Of a DNA stretch of 61,261 nucleotides, positions 49,281 through 61,261 are shown one piece after another. The position numbers and the translations under genes are program-made. This stretch comes from Rhynchobatus australiae (lineage: Eukaryota): positions 1,765,196 to 1,826,456 of the forward strand of contig JAUZTB010000057.1 of NCBI GenBank assembly GCA_034780895.1, written 5' to 3'. The first letter of the stretch is position 1; every line of letters begins with the position of its first letter. The notes under the pieces are model-generated. The model had not been told where the DNA came from. It saw only the letters and a list, made by a program, of their open reading frames with translations, and ran no database searches.

Positions 49281-50814
49281 GTTAATTGATAAATTTGGAG
49301 GATAACATAATGAATATGCACCGTGATCTTCAGACTTCCTTGTAGTACTTCCATACCCAGGACATGTTAAATCACAGCTGCCAATGGCTATTGTTGGTAG
49401 GAACAACATAAAGCTGTTAAATAACAATTTATGGAATGCACCAATTGCCACGTGACCAAACCTCCAGAAACAGGTCCAATCAGATTCCACAACACTGAAT
49501 TCTNNNNNNNNNNAGCCAGACTCCTTATGCAGCACCACGGGGTAGTATGGAAGTGTCAATCACCAAATCTGGTACCTTCCGCTCATAAATTTCTAAGCAT
49601 TCATCGAAGAGGATGGTAAATGACAAGGGCTTCCTCCCAGCAGCCTGCTGAACATGCACACCACCCCTCCCCGGCTAACTCCCTCCAACCCACACCATCC
49701 ACTGACAAGTATCATCTTGGTGCCAAAGAAGTAAATGTAACCCATGCCTTTTTAGGTAACCTAATATATGTCAAAGCAATGAATGTCCAAATGGATGTTG
49801 ATATCTCCAGCATATTTCTTTTGGGCTAGAAACGTTGATCATTATAATCCTTTTCAAGTATATGCACCCTCCTTCAATTTATGCAGGGAAGGTACCATTT
49901 TCTGCATCATGTTCTCTCTCTGTCATTTTAATTGCATAGCAAAACAGAAGGGAAAAGACTATTTGACACAAGCATAACTGCAAACAGTGCTTGTACTTTT
50001 AAAGTAGCAGAAAGGACAAGGAAGGAATTCACATCTCCCAAACTAAATGTCTGAAAATTAGCACTTAAAAAAACAAAAATTACATCTGTCAGAAAACTGT
50101 AACAAATGCTATTGCATTCTAAAATGAGCCACCGCATTTCACTAATGTTGCCACTGTTTCTGGTGCTGTCAGAGAATCATGCTGTGATATCTGCAGACCA
50201 GATTTTATTGATAATTTGCGCCTGTGAAAGTGGGAAGGCTGAGCCTCATTTTGCAGTTAATGTGCACTCACAGTCTTCTGATGTGTTTGCTGCAAAGCTA
50301 ACCACATACATTACAAGTTTTGCAGTCTGAACAGAAATAAAATAATTTGAATATTTCTAATTAATATATCATAGAAAATTTTATTTCCTTGAGGAAAGGA
50401 TCAGCGAGTTTGGACACTTTAGTCTGCAGCAGTAATTAGAAAAAATTCAAGTGTGTCCAAGAGACTGAGAATCAATATTTGCATCATTGCTCAGTATTGC
50501 AGTACACAAGAGTGATGTTAGTTAATGCTGTAAACTGTGACTAAACAAAAACAGCAGGGATGCAATTCTGAACTGCATGCCACAGAGTTCTATATTGGCA
50601 CAGTTGGATGCTTCCAGTAGCAAAATGCATGGGCACTTATCCCATTTAACACTCCAAGCATTTTGTATTCCTTTAGAATACTTTCAAACACTACATCTTT
50701 GAATCAACAGTTTAAGGGTCCTGTTAAATTAATCAGGTAGCAAAGGAAGGGGCCACTCGGTGCAACAGCTCCACAATATTTTTGCTCCATGTGAGCTTCT
50801 ACCTGCCCTTGGCT

Positions 50815-51690
50815 CCGACTTCAGTGCTGAATTAAGGAATGCTGCACTGTCAGAGGTGTCACATTTCATAGAACAGCACCGCAACGGAACAGGCCCTTCG
50901 GTTCACCATGTCTGCGCCGAACACATTGCCAAATTAGACTAAATCTCTTCTGCCTGCACATGATCCATTTCCCTCCATCCCTGCATATTCATGTACCTAT
51001 CTATTGTATCTGCCTCCACCACTACCCCAGGCAGCCCATTCCAGGCACCCACCACTCTGTGTAAAAAACTTGTCCCACACATCTCCTTTAAATGCCCCTC
51101 CTCACCTTAAATTATCTCCACTAGTATTTGATACTTCTATGCTGGGAAAAGAATTCTGTCTACCCTATCTATGCCGCTCATAATTTTATAAACATCTATC
51201 AGATTACGTCACTCCAGAGAAAACAACCCAAGTTTGTCCAACCTCTTCTTCTTTCTCATACCCTCTAATCCATGCAGCATCTGAGTAAACCTCTTGCTGG
51301 GCACTCTCTCTAAAGCCTTGCTTCCTGCAGTGAGATGACCAGAACTGCATGCAATACTCCAAGTGCAGCTTAACCGAAGTTTTATACAGCTGCAACATGA
51401 TAGGCATTAGATGTTGATCTTCAGATGAGACATGGCTCAATTACCCTTTCAAATGAATATAACACTATTTCAAAGAAGATTAGGGAGAGGCTTCCCCTTT
51501 GTCCTGGGCAGTATTTATCCCTCAACAAACATTAGTAAAACAGATTATCTAGGCATTGCCTTTAATGGCACTTTGTAATGCACAAATTGCTCTATTTCCT
51601 ACACCCAAAACTTTCTTCCTTGGGTATAAAGACATTAGATACTTTGATAGGAATGTGACAGCTGTTATATAAATGCAAGTCTTTATTTCT
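50815..51690 (+). mobile_element. DeuSINE (SacSINE1/AmnSINE1-like) split by a CR1 insertion
   Basis: ggaatgctgcactgtcagaggtg resumes at ~51418 as cttcagatgagac...cactatttcaaagaag...tatttatccctcaac..cagattatct...tatataaatgcaagtcttt. Confidence 0.7.
50868..51400 (-). mobile_element. CR1 LINE 3' fragment nested in the DeuSINE
   Basis: ORF 51204-51440(-) IMLQLYKTSVKLHLEYCMQFWS; tail acaggcccttcgg. Confidence 0.8.
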
Positions 51691-51723
51691 TTTAACAAAT
51701 CTTATCAACATGTTGTACAGTAA

Positions 51724-52020
51724 GGTGGCATGACTGCACAGCAGATAGCACGGCTGCTTCACAGTTCCAGGGACAAGGGTTTGATCCTGACCTTGGGTGC
51801 TATGTGGAAATCTGTTGGGTGCTCTGGTTTCTCACTAGCCAAGACACAAGTTAATTGGCTTCTGTAACTCACCGCTTAGTGCAGCTAAGTGGTAAAAAGA
51901 ATCAAAGAGGGTTTGAGGGGCTAGTGAGAGAGAATATATCGCAGGACAACTGAAGAGGAGAGAATGAGACCGATGGGGGATTTGCTCTCCTGGGAGCTGG
52001 CATGGATTCAATGGGTTGAA
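51724..52020 (+). mobile_element. decayed tRNA-derived V-SINE
   Basis: ggtggcatg...gggtttgatcctgaccttgggtgct...gggtgctctggtttc. Confidence 0.6.
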
Positions 52021-52149
52021 TGTGTTATGGAGGAATGTGGGATAGAGGGATATGCAGGAGGAAAGGGTTAGATGGTGTGAGGTGTGGTTTGATGGGCAGC
52101 ACAACATGGTGGGCCGAAAGGCCTGTATTGTTCTATGGTTCTATGGGAA

Positions 52150-53100
52150 CTTACAAGTTGTTACTGAGAGCACTGTTAAAGAACTAAATGAAAGACAAGA
52201 TAGTTGAAACACTGGATCTGATTAAAAACTGATAAAAATGGAGGTATGAGAAAAGCTGTCCGAACTTGAAATAACTAAATCACCAGGACTGCATCCGAGG
52301 ATTTTAATGGAAGTATGGGAGGAAATCATGGGGCACTGACCATAATTTTTGAATTCTCTTGGGATACAGGGATGGTGCCCAAAGGCTGGAGAGCAACAAA
52401 TGTTACTTGTTCAATCAGAAAGTGAGGAAAAGCCCAGCAACTGCAGCCAATCAGTTTAACTTCATAGGTGGGAATGCACTTAGAAACATTGATCTTGGGC
52501 AGGATTTGGGGAAATTGGATTAATTAAGGCAAGCCAGCATGGATTTGTTGAGGGTATAATTGTTTAACCAATTTTATAAAATTTTTCAGTCAGGTAACAA
52601 TTATTGATGAGGGTAATGCAGTCGATATGGTGTGCATGGACTTCAAGGTGGCTTTTGATAAGGTGCCTTCTTGAAGTCAGGCTTATTGGCAAAGTTCAAG
52701 CACATGATATAAAAGTGGCATTGACAGCATGGATATGAAGTTGGCTAATTAACAGACAGAGGATTGTGGTAAATTGTTCTTTATCAGACTTGGAGGGAAA
52801 GTAAGTAGTGGTGTTCCTCAGGGATCAATGTTGGGCCTATTGCTTCTTTGATTAATTTTAATGATTTAAAGTTGGGATGCAAGCTGCAATTTTGAAATTT
52901 ATTGACACAAGTATTGCAAACTGCAAAGGGTACAATAATAGATGGCAGGATATATACAAGCTGGTGAAATGGGCCAATGCATGGAAGATGAAGTATAATA
53001 CAGAAAAAGTGAGGTAATACAATTCAGTAAGAAGAATGAAAAGTCTATGTAGAATAACTAATATTGTCCAATGAGCTGATGGAGCAGAGGACTGGAGTAA
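52150..53100 (+). mobile_element. CR1 LINE RT fragment
   Basis: agccagcatggatttg (SQHGF), atggacttcaaggtggcttttgataaggtgcc, agtggtgttcctcagggatcaatgttgggcc (SGVPQGSMLG). Confidence 0.8.
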
Positions 53101-53337
53101 ACATTTCAGTTCCATCCACCAGTCCTTTCACAGTAGTCTTGCAATTTTTGTTCCCTCCACCATATATTTATCCAATAGACAGCTAGTGCCTCTTTCCCAG
53201 GATACCAATGCTCAAGACAAGAGGGCATGGATTTCAANNNNNNNNNNNNNNNNNNNNNNNNNNNNNNNNNNNNNNNNNNNNNNNNNNNNNNNNNNNNNNN
53301 NNNNNNNNNNNNNNNNNNNNNNNNNNNNNNNNNNNNN

Positions 53338-53483
53338 ATGTGGGAGGAAACCGGAGCACCCGAAGGAAACCCACGCAGACACGGGGAGAACGTACAAACT
53401 CCTTACAGACAGTGACAGGAATCAAACCCCGATCGCTGGCACTGTAATAGCGTCGCGCTAACCGCTACGCTACCGTGCCGCCC
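53338..53483 (-). mobile_element. young tRNA-derived V-SINE, 5' half (tail in gap)
   Basis: minus-strand A-box TAGCGTAGCGG (53462-53472), B-box GGTTTGATTCC (53418-53428), CpG-rich V-domain. Confidence 0.85.
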
Positions 53484-54669
53484 CGGATTCTCTTGGATCT
53501 GGCTGCAAAACCTTTTAATTATCTTCAGTGTTGATGTGAAAGGGTGCTGGGCAGTTCGTGGTTAGATCAGCCGATGAGAGTCAGCACCTTATTTTAATAT
53601 ATAGACTGGACTGTAAGGGAGTCCCACTCCCCCAAGCTCCCAGACTGAGAACACACTTCCTGCAGTATAAGATATTTGGAGCCATATAGAGAGTTCTGAA
53701 GTGAAAAGTTAAGCTAAAGGTTAGTCACCCTGAAGTACCACCACACACTGGATGGTCACTAACCAAGTCCCTTAGTTAGTCTGCAGGAGAAGAGCAGGTA
53801 TCTGGAAATGATGCAATATATCGAGGATAGGAACTTGGAATTTATGGATTACACACTATCTTCCCAGACCTCTGACCTACCACCAGCCCTTGCCACTTTC
53901 TATGCCCTGCTTTTCAATCTAACATTATCTTTGACATCCTTTGTTAACCACAATTGTGCCTCTTTCTCATGGAATACCTCTTCCTAATTGGGATAAATTG
54001 CTGCTCAGTGTTATGGACCAGCTGTTCCAGCATCTGCCACTGGTCATCCCATAATTTACCTTAGACAGCACCTCCATAATCTGTTCCTGGGTAGGTAGAA
54101 GCAATCCCTGATGCACTCCACAAATTATTCTTCTACAATACCCTTGCCAGTTTGGTTCATCGAGTCAATTGCTTGATAAATTGGAACATTCGTAGAGTCA
54201 TTTGACCCACCACGTGCACGCTGACCAACAGGTACCTGTCCGTGTTCCCCAATGTTTGAGTAAAAGGCAAAGAGGAAGAAATGTATTCAGGAGAACTTCC
54301 TTGATGGGCGTGATATAGTCCCAGTGAGGAAGGAGGCATTATTGGATCTGGTTGGAGGGAATGAGAGGTCCTGGGTGGGCCATGTGTTAGTGGAGAACTT
54401 CTGGGGAGCAGCTAACATTGGATCAGAAAATTTGGATGATGGAAAAGGGCAATCTAAATTTCAGTGGGCTGAAGAAGGAACCTGGCCAGAATATATTGGT
54501 CAGTAAAACTGTAGCAGAATGGCAGATGATCTGTAAAGAGCTGATGTTTCACACACAGGTGGGTGCATTCCCACAAAGGGTGGGAAGGGTCGGGGAACCA
54601 AGGTCAGAACTCCCTGGATGACGAGGCAGAGAGACGCAATGGTGAAAGCGGAAGGAAAGGATAATGTGT

Positions 54670-55215
54670 GAAGCAAACGATGATGCTGGAGGAGCTCAGC
54701 AGGCCGGGCAGCATCCGTGGAGAAAAGCAGGCGGTCAACATTTCGGGTCGGGACCCCTCTTCAGGACTGAAGATAGGAGAAGGGGAAGCCCAATATCTAG
54801 GAGGGAAAAGCAGAGCGGTGATAGGTGGACAAAAGAGGGAGGCAGGGTGGTGATAGGTAGACGCAGGTTAGAGATAGTGATAGGCAGGTGTGGGGGAGGA
54901 GGGAGGGGGATGGGTCAAAGGTGAGGGGGGGTAGAAAAAAGAGGAGAAGAGAAGAAGCATGGTAGGTGTGGGGAAGCAGGGTGGGGATTACCTAAAGTGG
55001 GAGGATTCAACGTTCATCCCGTTAGGCTACAAGGTTCCAAGACAGAAAATGAGGGGCTGTTCCTCCAGTTTGTGTTTAGAATTCTTCTGGCAGTGGAGGA
55101 GGCCCAGGACTGACATATCAGTGGCAGTGTGGGAGGGGGAGTTGGTGTCTGGCAATGGGGAGATGCAGATCGCGGATACGGACAGACCGCAGGTGTTCTG
55201 CGAAACGGTCACCTA
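54670..55215 (-). mobile_element. Penelope-like element 3' fragment inserted in a + strand CR1 (~54290-55460)
   Basis: LGDRFAEHLRSVRIRDLHLPIARH and SPSHTATDMSVLGLLHCQ...KLEEQPLIFCLGTL match the PLE GIY-YIG C-terminus. Confidence 0.87.
54732..54769 (-). ncRNA. putative minimal type I hammerhead ribozyme motif in PLE terminal repeat
   Basis: minus strand: cagtc CTGAAGA g gggt cccg accc GAAA tg tt gaccg; core boxes and stem II intact, stem I 3 bp, stem III minimal. Confidence 0.55.
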
Positions 55216-55825
55216 GTTGGGTGTTCTGCAATATGTGATTCATGTCAGGAGCCACGTGCCAGTGAATACAAGAAGCTGAGAGGGCCGTGGAAACGAAAGT
55301 GACAGGAAAATGAGGAGGAGGAAAGAGAATGGCAGACAAGCTACAAGGGAATCCCAAGTAAAGGTCTGTAAATAACGAAAGTGTGGGCTGATTAGCGATA
55401 AACAGCGGTGATCTCTATAGAGGCAGAAGGTTTGGCTGGAATACTCAATGAGTACCGCGTATCATATTGACCCTCTGTTGTAGAAGAGGCAGGCACTTGG
55501 TTGCTCAGTACCAAAGTTGACACTAGTGTTTGGTGCCATTCTGTGCTGGAGCTGACTGTAAGTCAGTGATTCTCTAAACGGAAATAGGCACCAATGTTCA
55601 GACACCAACACTGAGCCACTCTCAGTACCAATATAGATGGCAGTACCTGGGCACTTACTCTCCTGGTGAACTAAAGGTTATGAAGATTTCAGAGCCCAGT
55701 TGTACATTTAATGTGTATCAGAAGCATTACTCAATGATGAAGATGTTGCTGTGTTTTGATGGTATTTCTTCCACGGGCTTACAAAAGACACTGATTTAAC
55801 TGAGTGACTTCCTTTGGTGTTACAG

Positions 55826-55960
55826 TGAACCCAGGCTCAGTTCCGAGCCCAGCTGGTCGGACACAGACTGAGGAACAACAGTACCTGGATAAACTGAAGC
55901 AGCTGTCCAAGTACATCGACCCTTTGAGGCGGATGATCAATAAGATAGACAAAAATGAAG
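55826..55960 (+). CDS. MED15: MED15 exon (~exon 12): (V)NPGSVPSPAGRTQTEEQQYLDKLKQLSKYIDPLRRMINKIDKNE
   Basis: gtgttacag|TGAACC...AATGAAG|gtgagt; 135 nt, phase 1 to 1; near-identical to MED15. Confidence 0.98.
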
Positions 55961-56339
55961 GTGAGTCTGAAAGTGAACCTTCCCTTCTTCCCCAGCCCTG
56001 GGCATCTGATCCCTGTATGTAGGTCACGGAGCAGTGAAAATGTTGGAGGCCTCCTCTAATGGCAGTGTAAGTTACTGGTTTAAAAAAAGTAACCTCTACG
56101 CGAAAAGGAGCCTTGGCCTGCATCTGCCGTCAGCCCTTCCCTCCCAGTTTGCCACCATTTGATAAAAGTTTTGATTTGATTGGTAGGTTTGAGTCACTAA
56201 TGGTAAAGTGTTTCTGAGTTCGTTGTGCTGCAGGTCAGAGTCGGTTTGCTGTCTGTGCAGAGTTAGCCACTGAAAGCCAAAGCAGGTCTCGGCTACAATT
56301 GGCATCAGTTTTTGTGGGCAAGGAATGGAAGACTGCAGT

Positions 56340-56490
56340 TAGGGATGTGGCAGTAAACAGGAGGACTCAGCAGAAACCTAGGCAGTCACAAGGAGACCAT
56401 TCAAACTCCACATAGACAGCACTAAAGGGCAGGATAGAACCTGTGTCGCTGGAGCTGTGAGGCAGCAGCACTACCTGCTGCACTGCCAGC
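56340..56490 (-). mobile_element. V-SINE 5' fragment
   Basis: caaactccacatagacagcac...ggatagaacctg...gctggagctgtgaggcagcagcactacc. Confidence 0.65.
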
Positions 56491-57075
56491 AGTTCCTGTT
56501 CTGTTTCGGATTTCCAGCATCTGCAGTATGTTGATTGTGGATTATGGTATGTCGAAGTTTTAAAATATAGGATGTAACTGGAAAAATGGAAGGGTTTACA
56601 GAGACGGCAAGAGGTGGTGATGGAGGTGTGGAGTTAATAACCTACTGCTGCCCTAGTTGGACCAGTCAGGGAATGTAGAGCCTTCTGAGAATGAGCATGA
56701 GGTCATTAGAAGTAGGAATCCAATCGTCCTGTAATCCAAGAATAGAAATAATATCCTAAGAATACCGAACAGGACAAGGAGTACTTGTATAGAGAGAGAG
56801 AGAGTTAATATTGCAAGTTGGAAGTCTTTCACTAGCCCCTCTAGTTCCAGCCTCTCCCATGGTTTTTCGGCATCTACCCTGTCAATCCCTTGTATGTCTC
56901 CCTGTGAGTATAGGACAGCCCTGTTGTCCCAGTAATCAGTCTAGTGAACATACGCCACTCAATGGTTTTATTGAGCCACCTTGTGTCACAGTTACCGTTG
57001 CTGTAAGTGGTCATGCCATTGTTCTTGATTATAAAGTTTATAGCTCTAACAGATTAATTCTTCCGTATATTACAG

Positions 57076-57139
57076 ACAGAAAGAAGGATCTAAGTAAAAT
57101 GAAGAGTCTTCTGGACATCCTCACAGACCCTAACAAAAG
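57076..57139 (+). CDS. MED15: MED15 exon (~exon 13): (D)RKKDLSKMKSLLDILTDPNK(R)
   Basis: atattacag|ACAGAA...CAAAAG|gtatga; 64 nt, phase 1 to 2. Confidence 0.97.
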
Positions 57140-57939
57140 GTATGACTTCCACTGTATCGATACACAGAGATAATGTGCTTGACTTGACTTTATAGACTCT
57201 TGGTTCTATTCCCTATCCTTAGTTCTCAGTAGACAAGGAAAGGCCATGGTGTCCATCAAGTCTGTTCCACCATTTATTTACATTATGACTGACATTTACC
57301 CACTTTCCTCCAATAGTCTTGATCCCCTAAGTCCAACAGAAATCTACATCAGTCTCACATCTGTCCGATCAGTTGGGTACAAAAGTGATAAATGGAATTT
57401 AAACCAGACAGGTATGAGATTGAAAGTTCCAGTTGTCCCAGCATACAGATAATTTGGTGCAAGTCTTTCTTAAGCACAGAAGTTCCCCTGGGCCACTTAC
57501 GGGCCCCATCCTCCACCCCCCAAGGTTGCTGAGTGGAATACCATAGGGATCACTACATGGATGCCTGAAGCCAGCTTTTCCTCTTGTTTTTGCCTGAGAA
57601 TTCCTCTGAGTGTGTGGCTGGATGCTGATGTAACAGTACAGTGTTTCTGCTGTTGTATTTTGAGGTTGCTCCACCTTTTGAGGAACTTACAGGCAGGGTT
57701 ATCTGGAGCTGCCAGTAAACCCCTACCATCAGAGCACAATTAACGGGGAACTTAGGAAAGCAAAGGGAGGGCATGGCAAGATACCCCCAGTCATGGCAAG
57801 TACCAAGGCCTGCATGTAGTAGCTGAAGGGGAGAAAACATAGTGTAGTTATTCAATGTTGTGATTGTAGGATGGTGAGATGCCCCAGAACACTACATCAC
57901 TGGCCTGGATGTAGAAGCTTAGGAGCAAGCTGGAGCATC

Positions 57940-58040
57940 TAATAGGGAGAACGTGCAAACTCCACACACGCACAACACACACACACACACACACCACTCA
58001 GTCAGGATTGAACCTGGGTTGCTGGATCTGGGAGGCAGCA
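57940..58040 (-). mobile_element. V-SINE fragment with internal (CA)n microsatellite
   Basis: gggagaacgtgcaaactccacac-(ca)n-gtcaggattgaacctgggt. Confidence 0.65.
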
Positions 58041-58723
58041 GCAGAAGCATTAATCGTCAAAGAAGCTGATGTTGGAAGGGCAGTACCTTTGGGTAGACAA
58101 ACCAGGGTACTGGGTCTAGATCACCAAGGTAAAGGTGGGGAATGTGCAGGGAAGAGCACATCAGGGTTTAAAGTTGTGAGGAAAGGCTGATGCAAACAAG
58201 GCTTTCCAGCCTGGAAAGGAGGCATCTGAGGGGAGTTTACAAGATTGCTAATGCAGTAGGAGAGGGGTAACTGAAGGAAAATAAATAGTGACTCGACACC
58301 GAACAAGCACTGAATCCTTGGATAGAGAGTGAAAACTGAGTGGGGATTGTACGGTTTCTCCAAATACGTCAATTAAGGTAGGCCAAGTAAACTTCTGATC
58401 TGTAAATACCTCTTGGTTTAAAAACAACTCAGTAAGACGTTGGAAAAACATTGTACAGGTAGAGAAAGGTACACAGCCTACACAAGGCAAAAAAAATCAA
58501 AGCGAGTAAAGTTAGAAAAGGGAAGGAAACCCACACTGTCAGCAGGTTTATGCTGGAAACTAAAGATAAAAGTTATGTTACACAACCTTCATTTTAAATG
58601 GGTGCCTGATGGGCAGCACAAACTCAATGGACCAAAAGGTCTGTCTCCATGCTGATGACTCTGACTCTAAGGGCCTGACTCTTCTAATGGAAGGAACTTT
58701 CAGAATCCGCTTTATTTTGACAG

Positions 58724-58790
58724 GTGCTCTTTGGCAACTCTCCAGAAGTGTGAAATTGCTTTGGAAAAACTGAAGAACGACATGGCAGTG
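58724..58790 (+). CDS. MED15: MED15 exon (~exon 14): CSLATLQKCEIALEKLKNDMAV
   Basis: ttttgacag|GTGCTC...GCAGTG|gtgagt; 67 nt, phase 2 to 0; translated by hand. Confidence 0.97.
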
Positions 58791-59759
58791 GTGAGTTTTA
58801 ATTCATTTCCAGGTTGGTGGGTGTTGCTGCTTCCTCCCAACTTTGAGAAGTGGGAGGGAGTTTGAGGCTTTAGACCCAGCACCATGGCAAGATATTTCCA
58901 GGTTCGGGTGGTGTGTGACTTGGAGTAGACCCGCAGGTAGCACTGTGAGGTGAAATAANNNNNNNNNNNNNNNNNNNNNNNNNNNNNNNNNNNNNNNNNN
59001 NNNNNNNNNNNNNNNNNNNNNNNNNNNNNNCTTTATAAAGCGTGTCCCACAGGCCTTGGTTTTGCTGTGGAATCTCAGCCAAGTACCAGTCTAGTCACTG
59101 GGTGTTAGCAGCTGGCCAGCTGTGGTGAGCATCCTCACCCAACATTCATACACAGGGGGAGTTGGCCATCCGACTCCACAAACCTCTGCTGCCATCCATA
59201 CACACTTCACCACGAGCCTGTGGATGATGACCAAGAACAGAGCACTGGTGGACACTTCCCTTTTCATCTCCCAGGTGGAAGTAGCTTCTTTGCTGCTCCT
59301 GTGGCTCATTACAACCTACTCACCATTTACTGGGGATCCAGGCCACTGCTGTGTTTGTTTTTAACAACCGGTTAAATGAGGCATAGAATTATTATAAACG
59401 TATCAACATGTAGGAGATAAATTAATTAGTTATAATAAACTAGGTATCAAATAACTTGAAACTTCAGCCGAATAAACAGGTAATTGATAAAAAGAGATAT
59501 AGCAGGGTATTTCAGTTCCATTGAAAGTGTACGGTTTCCATGTGAAGATCAGAACGCTGCTCATCTCCAGCAGAACAGTATTTACAGCAGGTGATGTCAG
59601 CTCACACCCCTCCAGCACTGAAGTGCATCTGCGGGGTTGAGAATTACATGGGTAGCACATTTCATGAGAAGGCCCCCAGGCAAAGAATGGGTAACCATCT
59701 GGCTGGGAAGAAAGGTCAGGCAGCTATTGCAGATCAACCAAGCATATCTCAATCTAACC

Positions 59760-61100
59760 GGTGAGCAGAGGTGCAAGAGTGCAAAAGTCAGGTATGCAGG
59801 TACAGTAAGTAATGAGGGAAGATAACGTGAGGGCAATTGAATGCAAAAATAAGGAGATTGTAGCTCAGTTACATGGGATTTATGAGGCTGTTGTACAGTG
59901 TCATTCTTATGTTTAAGGAAGAATATTAATGCATTGAAAACAGTTTGGAGATGGTCGACTACACTGATACCTGGAATGGGTATGTTATCAGGAACAGTTG
60001 GACAGGCCAGGCTTGTAGAGTTTAGAAGACTGAAAGGAGACTTCATTGAAACATATTAGATTCAGAAGGGTCCTGACAGGGCGTATGTAGTGGAGAGGAT
60101 GTTTATTCTGTGGGAGAGTCCAGAACTAAGAATGACTGTTTAAAAATAAGCGGTCACCCATTTAACTCAGAGATTTCTGGGAAATTTAACTTGGACAAGT
60201 GCAAAGTGATGCATTTCAGAAAGTTAAAGCGGGACATACACACTGAATGGCAGTGAATGTTATTGAACAGCGAGATCTTGGGGTTCAAATACATAGTTCC
60301 CCAAAAGTGGTGCCACAGACACAGTGGTGAAGAAAGTGTATGGCATACTTGCCTTCATTGACTGAGGCATTGAGTATAGGAGCTGGGATGTCATGTTATA
60401 GTTGTACAAATCATAGGTTAGGCCACACCTGGAGTATTGTGTACGATGCTGGTCGCCACCCTGCAGGAGGGATGTGATTAAGCTAGAGAGGGTGCAGTAA
60501 AGATTCACACAAATGTTGCCTGGACTGGAGGGCTTGTTACAAGGAGAAGCTGGGTAGCCTGGGACTGTTTCACCTGGAGCATAGGTGACCTTACAGAGGT
60601 TTATGAGGGGCATAGATAGGATAGATTGTCAGGCTTTTGTCAGACTAGGGGAGTCTAAAACTGGAGTGCATAGGTTTAAGGTAAAGGGGACCTGAGGGGC
60701 AAGTTTCCATACAGTCTGTGGTGGGTATATGGAACAAGCTGCCAGAGGAAGTGGTAATGGCAAGTACAGCTACAATGTTTAAAAGACATTTGGACAGGTT
60801 CATGGATAGGAAAAGTTTAGAGAGATGGAGGCCGAGCGTAGGCAAATGGGACCTTGGTCACATGGGTGAGCTGAGCCTGTCTCCATGCTGTATTTCTCCG
60901 TGGATCTGAGGTGCAATTTATTTCTCTGAGGTACGTGAGGTTTAGAAATCTCTTCCTCAAAGGGTGTTGGAAGCAGAATCGTTGAATATTCTGAAGGGAG
61001 AGCTAAATAAATATTTGATAAGCAAGGTTTGCCATAGGGAGATAGGAATGTTAAAGTTACAGTCAGATCAGCTGTAATCTTATTGAATAACTTACTGAGT
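59760..61100 (+). mobile_element. several CR1 LINE 3' fragments
   Basis: gatcttggggttca, ggttaggccacacctggagtattgtgt, VVGIWNKLPEEVV..ASTATMFKRHLDRFM. Confidence 0.8.
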
Positions 61101-61261
61101 GGCCTAATTTATATTTTTGGTATTGTCTGTGGTCTGGGAAGTACAGCCAGAGCCAAGCCCATGGCACCATGGCCATCTCAGCTATACAGAAGGTACATGA
61201 GGAAGTTACAGTTCAAAGTGATTCATTAGCTGAGGAAATGACCTTGGGTTTCTGTGGCCAC

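Larger units (their letters stand above)
4099..58790 (+). other. MED15: MED15 gene, partial (12 internal coding exons; 5' and 3' exons outside the window)
   Basis: join(4099-4150,7733-7753,12155-12364,18502-18704,22265-22498,24177-24416,29239-29346,40319-40428,45113-45240,55826-55960,57076-57139,58724-58790) = 1572 nt, no stop codon, all introns GT-AG with compatible phases; peptides match vertebrate MED15 as recalled. Confidence 0.97.

Noticed and set aside
53410-53483. tRNA-like sequence with A and B boxes
   Set aside because: It is the head of a SINE directly joined to the V-domain, not a tRNA gene.
1-61261. CRISPR arrays, operons or prokaryotic defence systems
   Set aside because: The sequence is a spliced vertebrate gene with TE-filled introns; no regularly spaced repeat-spacer array or dense coding region is present.

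Overview
This is eukaryotic vertebrate genomic DNA, not prokaryotic. The repeat content (V-SINEs, DeuSINE-like elements, CR1 LINEs, Penelope-like elements) suggests a cartilaginous fish (inference), and many N gaps point to a draft assembly. The window holds the middle of one large + strand gene, MED15 (Mediator subunit 15). Twelve GT-AG-bounded coding exons (4099-58790) splice into an uninterrupted 1572-nt (524-codon) frame. It runs from the end of the KIX domain (EEYLSLVARLILHFRDI) through the polyQ/QA/Pro-Ser-rich region to the conserved block ending EKLKNDMAV. Exons are numbered by recalled homology to human exons 3-14; the first and last exons lie outside the window. Introns are filled with decayed, often nested retroelements and one Tc1/mariner-type MITE; most ORF-track entries are TE debris, gap artefacts or shadows of the Q repeats. 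I found no convincing novel multi-gene system. The best leads are a codon-scrambled (AQ)32 exon recalling yeast Gal11/Med15, two candidate intronic alternative last exons that would truncate MED15, hammerhead-ribozyme motifs in Penelope-like elements, three phase-0 exons bracketed by inverted CR1 copies, and a perfect 74-bp duplication in a decayed RTE element. TE boundaries are approximate.
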